Positions 9,737-20,044 of a DNA stretch of 64,000 bases are shown here, piece after piece. The stretch spans positions 13,371-77,370 of the forward strand of contig JANRLW010000070.1 of assembly GCA_033762295.1 (NCBI GenBank), read 5' to 3'. Numbering within the stretch: position 1 is the stretch's first letter; every line of letters starts with the position of its first letter. This DNA comes from Capsulimonadales bacterium (GTDB taxonomy: Bacteria; Armatimonadota; Armatimonadia; Armatimonadales; Armatimonadaceae). The notes beneath the pieces are model-generated. The model had not been told where the DNA came from. It did no database searches and saw nothing but the letters and a program-made list of their open reading frames with translations. The translations under genes and the position numbers were made by a program.

Positions 9737-12700
9737 CTACCGGGTCCCGGTCGGGCGAACCGCCGTCGCTCTCTCCGGATGGCCGGACGCTTCACGTCGA
9801 AGGACGAGAATCATCCGGCGATTGGGCCAGTCGGACGGGGCCGGGGGTCTGTTCGGCGCGTACTGTCCGGCCTGAAGCAGGCGCTCCCGTGCGGATTCCG
9901 GATTCTTCAGACGCGCCGCCGCCATGCCTCCGAAGGTCGCGCACCACGCTCGCTCCCAGTCCGACAGCGAATCCCACGCGCGCGAAGCGCGCAGCCGTTC
10001 ATACAGGGCGGATGCCTCGGCGTACCGGCCTTCCCGGTATCGCCAGGCCAGCACCACCGAAAGCTCGGGCGCCGACCCGTCTCCCATGAGATAGAAGGCC
10101 AACTCCGCGGCGTGCTCCCGGGTCTCCCGCGAGACCGACGGTGTGAGCGACGCCAGTCGGAGCGTGGAGACCGCCGCTTCGCGAATATTCTCCGCGGGCG
10201 TCTGCGGAGACGCGCCCAACCATTCGGTTACCAGTTGCGTCGCCCGGTCGCACAGAAACCGATACCCGCGTACGTCCCCTAACTCGAGGAGCAGTACCCC
10301 GCGTTCCGCCAGCAGATAGGTATTGCCGGAACCGCCCAGAAGGAAGGCGGTACGGTTCAGGTCCTCCAGCGCGCCCGCCGCCGCCCCCTGCCGAATCAGA
10401 GCGTAAGCCCGATGTTCCAGCGCCCATCGGTCGATCGGGTCCGCGGGGTCCGCCTCCGTGCTGTTGAGCAACTGCGTCAAATGCCCAACCGCCCCGGCCC
10501 AGTCGCCGCGAGCCAGACATACCTTCGCCCGCAGTTGCAGGACGCGCGTCGGGGCCGTCACCGGGTTCGTCCGATACGTCAGCGAAGCCCGCTTCAGCCG
10601 GGCCCAGGCGGAATCGGTCTCCGCCGGGGTCGGCAGCTTCATATCCCTCTCTTTCCGGTCACGGTTGAAAGGGAGAACATGCGTCGTCGCCAGTACGGCG
10701 GATAGGTCTTGCGCCTGGGACAGAGTCAGGGAGGAGATCGGCGTATCCCAGCAGACGACCCCCAGCCACCCACCGGAAGCGACCGATCGCCCGTCGGGGC
10801 TGATCGCCAGCGTCACACAGGAGTTGATTCGCTTACGCGGATCGTCCGTCCGGAGGAGGGACAGTACACGGGCGTCCTTGCGAAGGCCCATCAGCATGCC
10901 GGAGTCGGCGTCCCAGAAGCGCACGACACCATCCTTGTTGCCGGTTGCCACGAATTGACCGTCCGGGGAATAGGCGATTGACAGGATGGCGGTGCTGTCG
11001 CTGTCGCGGATCGGCGGGATGCTCCATCGTCCGGTTTGCAGGTCCCACAGGTAAACGGTATCGGCTTCGTTAAACCGGGTGAGAAGCCGTTGCCCGTCGG
11101 GGCTGAAATGCGCTTCGACCGGAGTATGCTCATGAGGAAGACGTCGCCATTCCTGGCCGTCGGCCACCCGATACAGGACGGCGTCCTGAGGTGCATCGTG
11201 ATCATTTCCGATCGCGCCGAAGCTGAGGAGGTGGCGCCCGTCAGGCGAGAAGCGGAGACAACTGCCCGAGGTATTTTCCTGACTCCGGACGAGTGAGCCG
11301 GAGTCGTTCAGGGAGCGTCGCCGGAGGTCTCTGAGTTCCATTCGCCGGTCTTGGGACAGGAGGGCGAGATACTGCCCGTTCGGACTGATATCCAGGTCGA
11401 CAATTCCGGCCGGCAGGCGCAGCGGAGTGTTCAAAGGACGTCGGGCACGCGGATCGACCGGAACGAGGGTCCCTTTATCGCCGGCGAGGTACAACGTACG
11501 GTGGTCGGCAAACCGGCAGCGACGGATGTTTTCGCCGCCGGGCAGGAGGAACCGACCGATGAGACGGCCTGACGGAACCTCATAGATCGCCACCCCCTCG
11601 GAGCGGGATTCGCTTCCCGTCCTGAGCGGCTCCGATAGAGGTGATCCGATCACCGTAACGTCCCGTTCGCTGCGGTACCTATCGAGAACGGCGACCAGTC
11701 GGCTGTCCGGACTGAAGCTGATGTGGTTCAGAGGGTAGAGATTGGACGCATTGAATGGCCGTGCGGACAACCAGGCCGTTTGCGCGATCCCGGTTCGGGC
11801 GTCGGTCAGCAGCATTCCCCCCTCACTCTTGATCAGAGCGATGAAATGGCTGTCCGGGCTGAAAACCGTTTGACGAACGAACATATCATGCCACATCGTC
11901 GTCAGTTGCCGGGCGGAGGACGGCGCGGTATCCCAGAGCCGCACCCGGTTACCATCATCCACCGTGAGAGCGAAGCGACCGTCCGGGCTCAGGTCCGCCG
12001 TTTTGGGAGAAGCCGCTATGCGCAAGGGAGAAGCGATACGCTGACCGGTCCGGGGATTCCAGAGGGCGGCGGTGTTATCCTTGCTGGCGGTAAGGAGTCG
12101 GTCGTTATCCCGTGCCATGACCAGGGAGACAAGCTGGGCGCCATGCGCATGGAAGGCCGTAATGAATCTGGCCTCAGCGCTGTTGCTACTAAGGGCATAG
12201 GTGAAGACGAGGCCGTTCATATTGGCGGCCAGAAGCAGTTCTTCGCCCGGTGCGAAGCAGGCCAGCGTGGTGTATTTTGTGTCGAGAAGGTGTTTTCCGT
12301 CGGGGTCTCTGGGAAACCGGACCTGTTCCTCCGCGCCGGGCGATGGCAGGGGAAGGAGGACGGTGCCGTACTCGGTAGCAAGGACGGCACGCCGGGCAGC
12401 GCGATCGAGGGCAACGGAATGAATCCCGCCCCAGACGGGAAGACGAGCGAAGGGGTCCGGGGAGGAGGCGGATCGACCGTCCGGCGGATCGAGTCGATAG
12501 AGGCAGAGAGAGTCCTGATTGTACGTTCGGGAGGGAAGCCGGACGGCGAGGAGTTGCCCGTCACGGCTGATCTCCGCCATGATCCGGGTGTCGGGGAGGG
12601 ATTGCTCGAACACGATGCGCCGTTCCTCGGTGTCAAAGACAAGGAATTTATTGAGTTCCCGTTTATCCGAAGATATCAGGCGAAGGACGATCCGACGGCC

Positions 12701-14800
12701 CCGGTCGGAGAGGCGGTAGCCGTCCGGTTCCATCCCGGGAGGAAGCGGCACGAAGAAGGGCGGACCGACCGTACGGACATGTTCTCCGATGATGTCGAGT
12801 ATTTGCGCCTGGAACCGACCGCCACGGGTTGTCCGAACGGTCAGCAGGCGATCCCGGTCCGCAGTGAAGGCCGCCACCCGGGGAAGGTCGTTCCGGTCGT
12901 CGTTCCGTTCCGCGAGCCGGGCGAGCGTGAATCCGTCCGGATCGGGCGTCGGAAACCGCAGTTTGAAAGCCGGGGACCGATCGGAGTCGCCGGCGGAAGA
13001 AATCAGTCCGCCATCCCGGCTAAAGGCGACAAACGGCGTATATCGGTCAACCGGCGTCGCCTGGAGGAGACGGGGCGACCGGTTCAACGCTTCCGTGATC
13101 TGGGTGCCATAGACCCGGCGTCGTTTCGGATCCTTTTCCCGGTTCCAGGCGTCGGCGAAGAACGGCAGGGAGGCCAGATAGTCTCCGGAGTGAACGGCGG
13201 CCATCGCCGTGTTGACGTCGCGAGTAATGACCTCCCATTCGGCGACCTGCTGGGATTGCTCGGCCCGTCGTCTCTGTCGGGCCTCGCTGATTCGCGCGGA
13301 GGAGGCGACCTGTTCCTGGCGTCGGGCCTCTCGGGCGGCCTTGTTGGCGCGTTGGCTGGCCTCCTCCGCCTGTCGCCTCTGCCGCTCGGCCATCCGTTTC
13401 TGTGTTTCGGCGACCCGTTTCTGCCCCTCGGCGATTTCGGTCTGCCGTCGAGCGTTATCCCGTTCCTCCTGGGCAATGAGCCGCTGTCGATCCGCTTCGC
13501 TCTTTTGGTTCTGGGCGATGGCCTTTTGTTGTTCGGCGATATTTTTCGCTTTCAGTGCCTCCGCCCGTTGCTGAAAAGCAAAAAATGCCAGTGCACCAAA
13601 AAGGAGGACCAGGGCGCTCAGGCCGAGCGCGGCCCGCTTTAACCCGGCGCGGTACGCGCTGCGCAGGCGGCGCTTCTCGGCGTCCGGACGGTTTTCGTCG
13701 ATCCATTCCCGGTCGAAGACCCGACGATAGATGCGGTTTCGGACACGAAGGCTACCCTGGTCCACGCGAACGATGCCGGACAGTTTCAGCAGTACGACCA
13801 GCGGGTTGGTTTCGTCATCGGGAACCTGCGACCGTTCCTTCAAAAGGCGCTCATACAGCGCCAGAATCGCCGCCTTCTGCGCGTCGTCCGCCGGGTCGAT
13901 CGATCCCGTCTTCCGGGTGAGCATCCGGTTGGCAACATCGGCCAGGTGGACGTTCCCCCGGCGCGCGGCGCGTTCGAAATACATCTCCTCGACGAGAGCG
14001 TCCACCATGCGGACAGTGCGAAGCGAGGTGTCCTCAGCGATGCGGGCGCAGAGAGATTGGGTAAGAAACGGGTGTCCGCCGGTCCAGTAGTAGACACGAT
14101 CCAGCCAGGCGTCGCCCGCGCGACCGGCGCGATTCAGCCCTTCGCCGAGGGGAGCGATCTCCTGCCGGGTGAAGTCGCGCAGGTCGATCAACCGCCCGAT
14201 ATTGAACGGGGACAGGCGCGTGTCGCTGACCAGATCCGCCGGCGCCGCGGAACCGACGAGGCAGAAGGTGAGATGACGGAGGGCGGGTTGAGAGACACGC
14301 CGGTTGTAGAGCGACCGCAGGGCTCCGAAAAACTCATCCCGGGAGAAGGAAAGGTTGAGAACGGAATCGATCTCGTCGAGAATCAGAACGATCGGGCCGT
14401 CGATGCGGGCCAGAGCGATCTCCTCCAGGGCGGAAAAGAGCCAGGAGACCGGCGTCTGCTCGGCGCGTTCCCGACGATGCTGAGTGAATTCGGCATGCAG
14501 ACCGAGTTCGCGTCCGATCCGACTGAGCAGCGTCGCATACCACGCGGCCGAGGTGGCGTTCACTCCGCCGATCGCGCTGAGTTCGAGGTAGACCGTGCGA
14601 ACGTTGCGCGCCTCCAGCTCCTGCCGAACGCGGACGCAAAGCGAGGACTTGCCCATCTGCCGCGTATTCAAAAGGTAACAGTACTCGCCGTCCAGCAGAC
14701 CATGGAGCAGTTTCTCGTCGGAGTCTCTGACCAGATAGGAGGGGGCGTCGGTGGGAAGTGTGCCTCCGATGCGGAAAAAAGTACGGTCGTGTGCGGACAT
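9737..14800 (-). CDS. AAA_35 (STAND-like) ATPase - TM - coiled coil - WD40 repeats - TPR-like protein
   Basis: NTRQMGKSS Walker A, LILDEID Walker B, SPFNIG, WTGGHPFLTQ; one TM (ALGLSALVLLFGALAFFAF); many FSPDG...WD repeats. Confidence 0.87.
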   Translation of the reverse strand: MSAHDRTFFRIGGTLPTDAPSYLVRDSDEKLLHGLLDGEYCYLLNTRQMGKSSLCVRVRQELEARNVRTVYLELSAIGGVNATSAAWYATLLSRIGRELGLHAEFTQHRRERAEQTPVSWLFSALEEIALARIDGPIVLILDEIDSVLNLSFSRDEFFGALRSLYNRRVSQPALRHLTFCLVGSAAPADLVSDTRLSPFNIGRLIDLRDFTRQEIAPLGEGLNRAGRAGDAWLDRVYYWTGGHPFLTQSLCARIAEDTSLRTVRMVDALVEEMYFERAARRGNVHLADVANRMLTRKTGSIDPADDAQKAAILALYERLLKERSQVPDDETNPLVVLLKLSGIVRVDQGSLRVRNRIYRRVFDREWIDENRPDAEKRRLRSAYRAGLKRAALGLSALVLLFGALAFFAFQQRAEALKAKNIAEQQKAIAQNQKSEADRQRLIAQEERDNARRQTEIAEGQKRVAETQKRMAERQRRQAEEASQRANKAAREARRQEQVASSARISEARQRRRAEQSQQVAEWEVITRDVNTAMAAVHSGDYLASLPFFADAWNREKDPKRRRVYGTQITEALNRSPRLLQATPVDRYTPFVAFSRDGGLISSAGDSDRSPAFKLRFPTPDPDGFTLARLAERNDDRNDLPRVAAFTADRDRLLTVRTTRGGRFQAQILDIIGEHVRTVGPPFFVPLPPGMEPDGYRLSDRGRRIVLRLISSDKRELNKFLVFDTEERRIVFEQSLPDTRIMAEISRDGQLLAVRLPSRTYNQDSLCLYRLDPPDGRSASSPDPFARLPVWGGIHSVALDRAARRAVLATEYGTVLLPLPSPGAEEQVRFPRDPDGKHLLDTKYTTLACFAPGEELLLAANMNGLVFTYALSSNSAEARFITAFHAHGAQLVSLVMARDNDRLLTASKDNTAALWNPRTGQRIASPLRIAASPKTADLSPDGRFALTVDDGNRVRLWDTAPSSARQLTTMWHDMFVRQTVFSPDSHFIALIKSEGGMLLTDARTGIAQTAWLSARPFNASNLYPLNHISFSPDSRLVAVLDRYRSERDVTVIGSPLSEPLRTGSESRSEGVAIYEVPSGRLIGRFLLPGGENIRRCRFADHRTLYLAGDKGTLVPVDPRARRPLNTPLRLPAGIVDLDISPNGQYLALLSQDRRMELRDLRRRSLNDSGSLVRSQENTSGSCLRFSPDGRHLLSFGAIGNDHDAPQDAVLYRVADGQEWRRLPHEHTPVEAHFSPDGQRLLTRFNEADTVYLWDLQTGRWSIPPIRDSDSTAILSIAYSPDGQFVATGNKDGVVRFWDADSGMLMGLRKDARVLSLLRTDDPRKRINSCVTLAISPDGRSVASGGWLGVVCWDTPISSLTLSQAQDLSAVLATTHVLPFNRDRKERDMKLPTPAETDSAWARLKRASLTYRTNPVTAPTRVLQLRAKVCLARGDWAGAVGHLTQLLNSTEADPADPIDRWALEHRAYALIRQGAAAGALEDLNRTAFLLGGSGNTYLLAERGVLLLELGDVRGYRFLCDRATQLVTEWLGASPQTPAENIREAAVSTLRLASLTPSVSRETREHAAELAFYLMGDGSAPELSVVLAWRYREGRYAEASALYERLRASRAWDSLSDWERAWCATFGGMAAARLKNPESARERLLQAGQYAPNRPPAPSDWPNRRMILVLRREASGHPERATAVRPTGTR

Positions 14801-15001
14801 CGTGGTTAATTATAACCCCGACCTGACAATTATGAGCGGGTTAATTTGTAAAAATCTAAAAATTCGGAGGGACGACGTTGTGGGAGGGGAAGGTATCATA
14901 TCGTGGCGACGTCCGCGCCTTCTTCGCTCCGGCGGATGGCATAGCCGGCAAATACGAACGACAGGCAGGCCGGTGAACTGCGCGGACGACAGGAGGATGA
15001 C

Positions 15002-16546
15002 ATGACCCAGGTGGGATTCGGCGTGCGTACCGGACGCCGTCTGCTGTTTCCAAGACTGGCGGTAGCCGCAGCAATCGCGGCGATCGGCGGCGGGGCGTTC
15101 GGTTTCGCCAGTGTGCTCTGGGGGCGTCAGCAACCGTCGCCTTATGCGAACGGCGTCTGGATGGCCGGTGACCACCATATCCACACCCGGTATAGCGGCG
15201 ACGGTCAGTATCAGATCGAGCAGCAGGTCGCTCATGCGGCGGCGCACGGTCTGCACTGGTGCGTCATTACCGACCATGGCTCGCGCCGCCATGAAAAGGT
15301 CGCGCTCGATCAGGCGTACCCGGACCTGGTTGCCGCCCGGCGCAAGCATCCCGAAATCATCGTGTTTCAGGGGCTGGAATGGAATATCCCGGCTGCCGAG
15401 CACGGCAGCGTGATCCTGCCGATCTCCGACGACGAAGCCCGAAGGATCTCGGAGTTCGAGGCCCGTTACGACGAGCGGAACGAATCCCTGCCGGACACGC
15501 CGGCGAACACGGAAGCCGATGCCGTCGCCGGGGTGAAGTACCTGCAGGGGCTGTCTCCGAAACCGCTGTTCATCGCCAACCATCCGGCGCGGCGCGGACT
15601 GGACAGCCCGCATGAGATGCGCGCCTGGTCGGACGCCGGTCCGGACGTCACCCGTGGCTTCGAAGGCGCGCCGGGGCATCAGGCGGCGGCTCTGAACGGA
15701 GGCGCGCGCGGCGGTTATGGCAGCGACCCGGCTCCTGCCTCGTTCTCCGGATATCCGACCGCCTCCTATCGAACCTGGGGCGGCTATGACTGGTACGTCA
15801 GCCAGGTGGGCGGGCTATGGGACAGCCTGCTGGGTGAGGGACGTTCCTGGTATATCACCGCCAACTCCGACAGCCACCGCCACTTCACCGATCGAACCAT
15901 CGTGGACGCCTCCACTCTGGCCGAAAAAGGGTATGTCACGCCGACGGATAAAAAAGCGGACAAAAACGACAACGAGGACTATTATCCGGGCGAGTACAGC
16001 AAGACCTGGGTGTTCGCGTCCCGACGTGAACCGGGGGCGGTTCTGGAGGCGATCCGATCGGGCAATATGTTTACGGTTCTCGGCGACCTGATCGACCGTT
16101 GCGAACTGTACGCTCTGTCGGGCGATCGGACCGCCTCGATGGGAGGCACGCTGTCGCTGGATCGCGCCGGGCAGGAAGTGAACATCCGTCTGCGGGTCCG
16201 CGTTCCGTCCCGGGCCAACTTCGGCGGGAAGCGCCCGACACTGCACCATATCGACATCATCACCGGCGACATACGGGGGACGGCAAGCGACCGGGACGCA
16301 ATGACGAACCCCGGCACGCGTGTCGTGGCGACCCTGCGGGCGAGCGAGGCGAAGCGGGACGGGGAGTTTCTGGAGTTCACGCATCGTATTCCGGACGTGC
16401 GCCAGGACTTCTTTGTCCGGGTGCGCGGCACCAATACGGATGTCGATGCCCCGCGTCAGGATGTCGGCGCGGCCGACCCGTGGGGCGACCTCTGGTTTTA
16501 CAGCAATCCGGTCCGTGTCCGACTTCCGCAATCCGGGCGTTCGTAA
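15002..16546 (+). CDS. Secreted PHP-domain metallophosphoesterase
   Basis: GDHHIHT, ITDH, GLEW, EH, NHP, ANSDSH; N-terminal RR-containing signal peptide. Confidence 0.82.
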   Translation: MTQVGFGVRTGRRLLFPRLAVAAAIAAIGGGAFGFASVLWGRQQPSPYANGVWMAGDHHIHTRYSGDGQYQIEQQVAHAAAHGLHWCVITDHGSRRHEKVALDQAYPDLVAARRKHPEIIVFQGLEWNIPAAEHGSVILPISDDEARRISEFEARYDERNESLPDTPANTEADAVAGVKYLQGLSPKPLFIANHPARRGLDSPHEMRAWSDAGPDVTRGFEGAPGHQAAALNGGARGGYGSDPAPASFSGYPTASYRTWGGYDWYVSQVGGLWDSLLGEGRSWYITANSDSHRHFTDRTIVDASTLAEKGYVTPTDKKADKNDNEDYYPGEYSKTWVFASRREPGAVLEAIRSGNMFTVLGDLIDRCELYALSGDRTASMGGTLSLDRAGQEVNIRLRVRVPSRANFGGKRPTLHHIDIITGDIRGTASDRDAMTNPGTRVVATLRASEAKRDGEFLEFTHRIPDVRQDFFVRVRGTNTDVDAPRQDVGAADPWGDLWFYSNPVRVRLPQSGRS

Positions 16547-16585
16547 ATCCCTTTTGAGGGCGGTCGATCACCGAACGAAAACAGT

Positions 16586-16626
16586 CTGATGGAAAAATCA
16601 TCCATCAGGCTGCCTGTTTTGGGTGC
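16586..16626. repeat. att-like copy 1: tRNA-fMet 3' end plus terminator hairpin
   Basis: 41 bp identical to 28631-28671 and similar to 36344-36382. Confidence 0.85.
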
Positions 16627-16789
16627 AGGTGCGGAACTTATCGCGAAGAATTCCTGCGCCAATCCTGTTCGGTACGCACCGATAATCGTAGAGACAGTCA
16701 TGCTGAAACCGACCCGCACCCAGGTTCGCGCCCTCTATACGACATGGCCCGACGATGGTACAGCAGGCCAGCGACCACACACGGCATGA
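16619..16789 (+). pseudogene. Orphan C-terminal coding tail starting in the att core (copy 1)
   Basis: LGAGAELIAKN...YAPIIVET..LKP.R.Q.RALYTTWP..GTAGQRP; homologous to 28664-28846 with many synonymous differences. Confidence 0.6.
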
Positions 16790-16859
16790 ACTGACTTGGC
16801 TCCCGAATGATCTACCCCTTCGGTTCGGGAGCCTCATCGTATATTGCTCGAATCTTGGC

Positions 16860-17085
16860 GGCATACACAGTATCGTTTACATTGTTGACCGCCGAGCGGT
16901 AGTGGCGGAACTTGGCGGCTATTTCCGCCGCGTCTGTCGAGGAACTGTTCGACCTGCTCGCCCAGCAGAAGGTCAAACCGGTGATCGCCGATGTCATGCC
17001 CCTGCGTGATGCGGCAAAGGCAAACGAAAGGCGCGAAAAAGGCGAAGTAAAGGGCAAATTAGTGCTGAAGTGCAATTTCGAGTAG
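16860..17085 (+). pseudogene. C-terminal remnant of a medium-chain dehydrogenase/quinone reductase
   Basis: ELFDLLAQQKVKPVIADVMPLRDAAKANERREKGEVKGKLVL*; no start, apparent frameshift upstream. Confidence 0.7.
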
Positions 17086-17098
17086 GGAACGGTTTGTG

Positions 17099-17308
17099 TC
17101 AGGCGAGACGGCGTTTTTCGACGATATCGATCTGGACCACCCGCCCGTCCTGAATAATCAGTTGGACAGAGCCATGGCGGACCTTCTCAATCGCGGCTTT
17201 GATTTCCTCAATCGGGATCGGGTGACCGTTTTTTACCGTATCCGATAGATCCGTCGGAGGAGCGGGGGGGTTGTCACTGACCTGAGCGATCTTTCCGGTT
17301 CGGTACAT
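17099..17308 (-). CDS. DUF2292 (YezD/OscA-like) small protein
   Basis: IKAAIEKVRHGSVQLIIQDGRVVQIDIVEKRRL. Confidence 0.85.
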   Translation of the reverse strand: MYRTGKIAQVSDNPPAPPTDLSDTVKNGHPIPIEEIKAAIEKVRHGSVQLIIQDGRVVQIDIVEKRRLA

Positions 17309-17347
17309 GGCATCCAATCCCTTAATCACCGATTGATAATTAAGACT

Positions 17348-18130
17348 TTATATCACTGATGCTACGTTTATGTCAATCTGACGTGCATCTGTTTCCGGTA
17401 CAGGCTTTTTTCGTCCAAGCAATTCGTCCAGGATATGCTCCTCGATCTTGGTGAACTCGATGGCGCTGTGGTTGCGGGGACGTGGAAGATCGACCGTTAT
17501 CGTATCCACGATCCGCCCCGCATCCAGCACGATCACACGGTCTGCAAGCGCAATCGCCTCCTCGACATCGTGTGTCACCAGAATGACGGTGAACCCCTCT
17601 TCAAGATAGAGTTCCTCGATCAATTGCTGCATCTCACGCCGGGTCAGCGCATCCAGCGCTCCCAGTGGTTCATCAAGCAACAGGAGCCTTGGACCGCTTG
17701 CCAGAGCACGGGCAAGCGCCACGCGCTGACGCTGTCCGCCCGAAAGAACGCCCGGCCAGTCCCCGGCGCGATCCTCCAGGCCGACATGCGATAATGCCCG
17801 CTGTACATGCTCGCCCGGCAACAATCCAAGCCCGATATTGTCGCGCACCCGTTGCCAGGGCAGGAGACGCGCCTCCTGAAACATCAGGCGTACATCGGGC
17901 GGAGTCCCGGCAAAGGTCTGACCATCGCGTCGAATCTGACCACGGGTCGGTGTATCGAGTCCGGCGGTCAGCCGGAGCAACGTGGATTTACCGCAGCCGC
18001 TCTTCCCGACGATGGCGACAAACTCCCCGGCCTCGACCGTGAGATCGATCCCTTTAAGGACGACCTTTGCTCCAAAAGATTTCTCCACCCCCTCGACGGT
18101 CAGGCGGGTGCCGCGCTCTTGCTGTCGCAT
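17348..18130 (-). CDS. ssuB: Aliphatic sulfonate ABC transporter ATPase
   Basis: [41 protein letters not shown]. Confidence 0.9.
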   Translation of the reverse strand: MRQQERGTRLTVEGVEKSFGAKVVLKGIDLTVEAGEFVAIVGKSGCGKSTLLRLTAGLDTPTRGQIRRDGQTFAGTPPDVRLMFQEARLLPWQRVRDNIGLGLLPGEHVQRALSHVGLEDRAGDWPGVLSGGQRQRVALARALASGPRLLLLDEPLGALDALTRREMQQLIEELYLEEGFTVILVTHDVEEAIALADRVIVLDAGRIVDTITVDLPRPRNHSAIEFTKIEEHILDELLGRKKPVPETDARQIDINVASVI

Positions 18131-18990
18131 GTTGCCCTCTCCTTCCCCTCGGATCCCGGTGGCTGTGTCGCCTTTGCCCTCGTGTTTTGCTGACGTTCTG
18201 GCGGCGGTGTGGCCAGGTAATTCGCGTTCCAGGACAGCAGACGCCGTTCCAGCGCACGCGCAATCACATCGGCCAGTTTCCCCAGTAATGCATAGATCAG
18301 GGTTCCGACAACAACGATATCGGTCTGCATAAACTCCCGCGCCGTCGTGGTCAGATAACCGATGCCCGCCTCCGCTGCCAGCGCTTCCGCCGCAATCAAT
18401 GTCAGCCACATCGAGCCAAGCGAGAAACGCAGACCGACCAGGATAGAGGGCAGAGCGCCGGGAAAGATCACCAGACGGAACAATCGCCATCCGCGCAGAC
18501 CATAAACCTCTGCCATCTCGCGCAGACCGGGATCGATCGAACGAATGCCATGGTAGGTGTTGAGATAGAGCGGGAAGAAAACCCCGAGCGCGATCAGAAA
18601 GACCTTAGTCTCCTCCCCGATGCCGAACCAGAGGATGACCAGGGGAATCATCGCCAGGTTGGGGATCGTGCGCAACATCTGCACCGTGCTATCGAGCAAC
18701 GTGTAGGCGAGCCGTGACAGACCGGTGAGCAGACCAAGAGCAAAGCCAATGCTTCCTCCGATGAAAAGCCCGGTCAGCGCACGACCGGAGCTAACGGCGA
18801 GATGTTTCCAGAGATCCCCCGACTGGATCAAGGTCGACCCCGCCTTCAGGACAGCCGTTGGCGCGGGCAGGATCTTTGTCGGCAGAATGCCGGTGACGGA
18901 GAGAATATGCCAGAGCAGAAACAGCGTCAGAGGCAAGGCATAGGGCAATATGGCACCAGAAATCGCTCCGATTCGCCTGTTTATCTTCAC
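18100..18990 (-). CDS. ssuC: Aliphatic sulfonate ABC transporter permease
   Basis: [54 protein letters not shown]. Confidence 0.92.
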   Translation of the reverse strand: MKINRRIGAISGAILPYALPLTLFLLWHILSVTGILPTKILPAPTAVLKAGSTLIQSGDLWKHLAVSSGRALTGLFIGGSIGFALGLLTGLSRLAYTLLDSTVQMLRTIPNLAMIPLVILWFGIGEETKVFLIALGVFFPLYLNTYHGIRSIDPGLREMAEVYGLRGWRLFRLVIFPGALPSILVGLRFSLGSMWLTLIAAEALAAEAGIGYLTTTAREFMQTDIVVVGTLIYALLGKLADVIARALERRLLSWNANYLATPPPERQQNTRAKATQPPGSEGKERATCDSKSAAPA

Positions 18991-20024
18991 GGTCGAACGT
19001 TCTTTCTGTCAGCCGGAGCAAGAAGGGCATACTGCGCCGGGGTCAATGTCGCCTCGCGCACATCGATCTTTCGTGGCAGCAATCCGATCTTATAGAAGTT
19101 ATCCGCCGAGGTCTGTTGCGCTGCGATTATTTTTTCATCAATGGAACGAGCGCCCGTTCGAGAGCGCCGCTGCAAAAGAAACGTCAGCGTTTCCTTATCG
19201 ACTCCCGTGTTCCGAGCAAGCAGATCGGCGGTTTCCTGCGGATGCTGGTAGGACCATTCGCTCGCCCGATCCACCTCCTCCAGAACGATCTTGATCAACT
19301 CCGGATGCTCCTCGGCGAACTTGCGCGAGGAGAGATAGAACGCTCCCGGCGTGTTGATTCCCACACGATTGGCGATGATCCGTGCCCCGCTCTGTTTTAT
19401 CGCGACCGCGAGAAACGGGTCCCAGACGACCCAGGCATCGATCTTCCCGGACTCGAATGCAACGCGTGCATCCGGTGGCGCAAGATAGAGCGGTTGTATG
19501 TCCGAGTAGGCGATTCCCGCCTTCTGCAGATGCTGCAACAGCAGATTATGAGAGCCGGATGCCTTTTGAAAGGCGATCTTCTTCCCCTTCAAGTCCTGAA
19601 CCGATCGTATCGGTGAGTTTTTGGGGACGATGATCGCCTCACCATCCTCGGCATGCTCACCAAGGGGAATATTGGCAATATAGACAAGTGGGGTTCCGGC
19701 GGCCTGAGCGAACAGCGCCGGAGAGTCGCCGGTCGAGCCAATATCGATACTTCCGACTCCAAGCGCTTCAAGCAGAGGCAGTCCGGCAGTGAAATTGAGC
19801 CACTCGACGCTCACTCCTGCCGGTGCCAGACGCTTCTCCAGGTCGCCACGTAGTTTCAGCAGATTGAGCGGGTCGGCACGCTGATGCCCGATTCGCAGGA
19901 CGACATGCTTCCGGTTCGTGGCGGCAACACCTGTCGCCGCTGTCTCCCCGGCGGGCCGGGAACAGCCGGAAAGACAGACGCAGACCCCTAACAGCACCAG
20001 AATAAACCCGCACATCCTGCTCAT
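18987..20024 (-). CDS. ssuA: Aliphatic sulfonate ABC substrate-binding lipoprotein
   Basis: LSGC lipobox, LRIGHQ, F.AG.PLLEAL..GSID, DLKGKKIA, DAWVVWDPF. Confidence 0.88.
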   Translation of the reverse strand: MSRMCGFILVLLGVCVCLSGCSRPAGETAATGVAATNRKHVVLRIGHQRADPLNLLKLRGDLEKRLAPAGVSVEWLNFTAGLPLLEALGVGSIDIGSTGDSPALFAQAAGTPLVYIANIPLGEHAEDGEAIIVPKNSPIRSVQDLKGKKIAFQKASGSHNLLLQHLQKAGIAYSDIQPLYLAPPDARVAFESGKIDAWVVWDPFLAVAIKQSGARIIANRVGINTPGAFYLSSRKFAEEHPELIKIVLEEVDRASEWSYQHPQETADLLARNTGVDKETLTFLLQRRSRTGARSIDEKIIAAQQTSADNFYKIGLLPRKIDVREATLTPAQYALLAPADRKNVRP

Positions 20025-20044
20025 GTGTTTTCTCGTTCTCTACT

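Noticed and set aside
11723..13642. Long antisense ORFs (also 4115-5635, 5794-7593, 37992-40202, 43195-46266, 54177-56534, 57114-58667)
   Set aside because: Shadows of well-supported genes on the opposite strand in GC-rich DNA; no protein motifs
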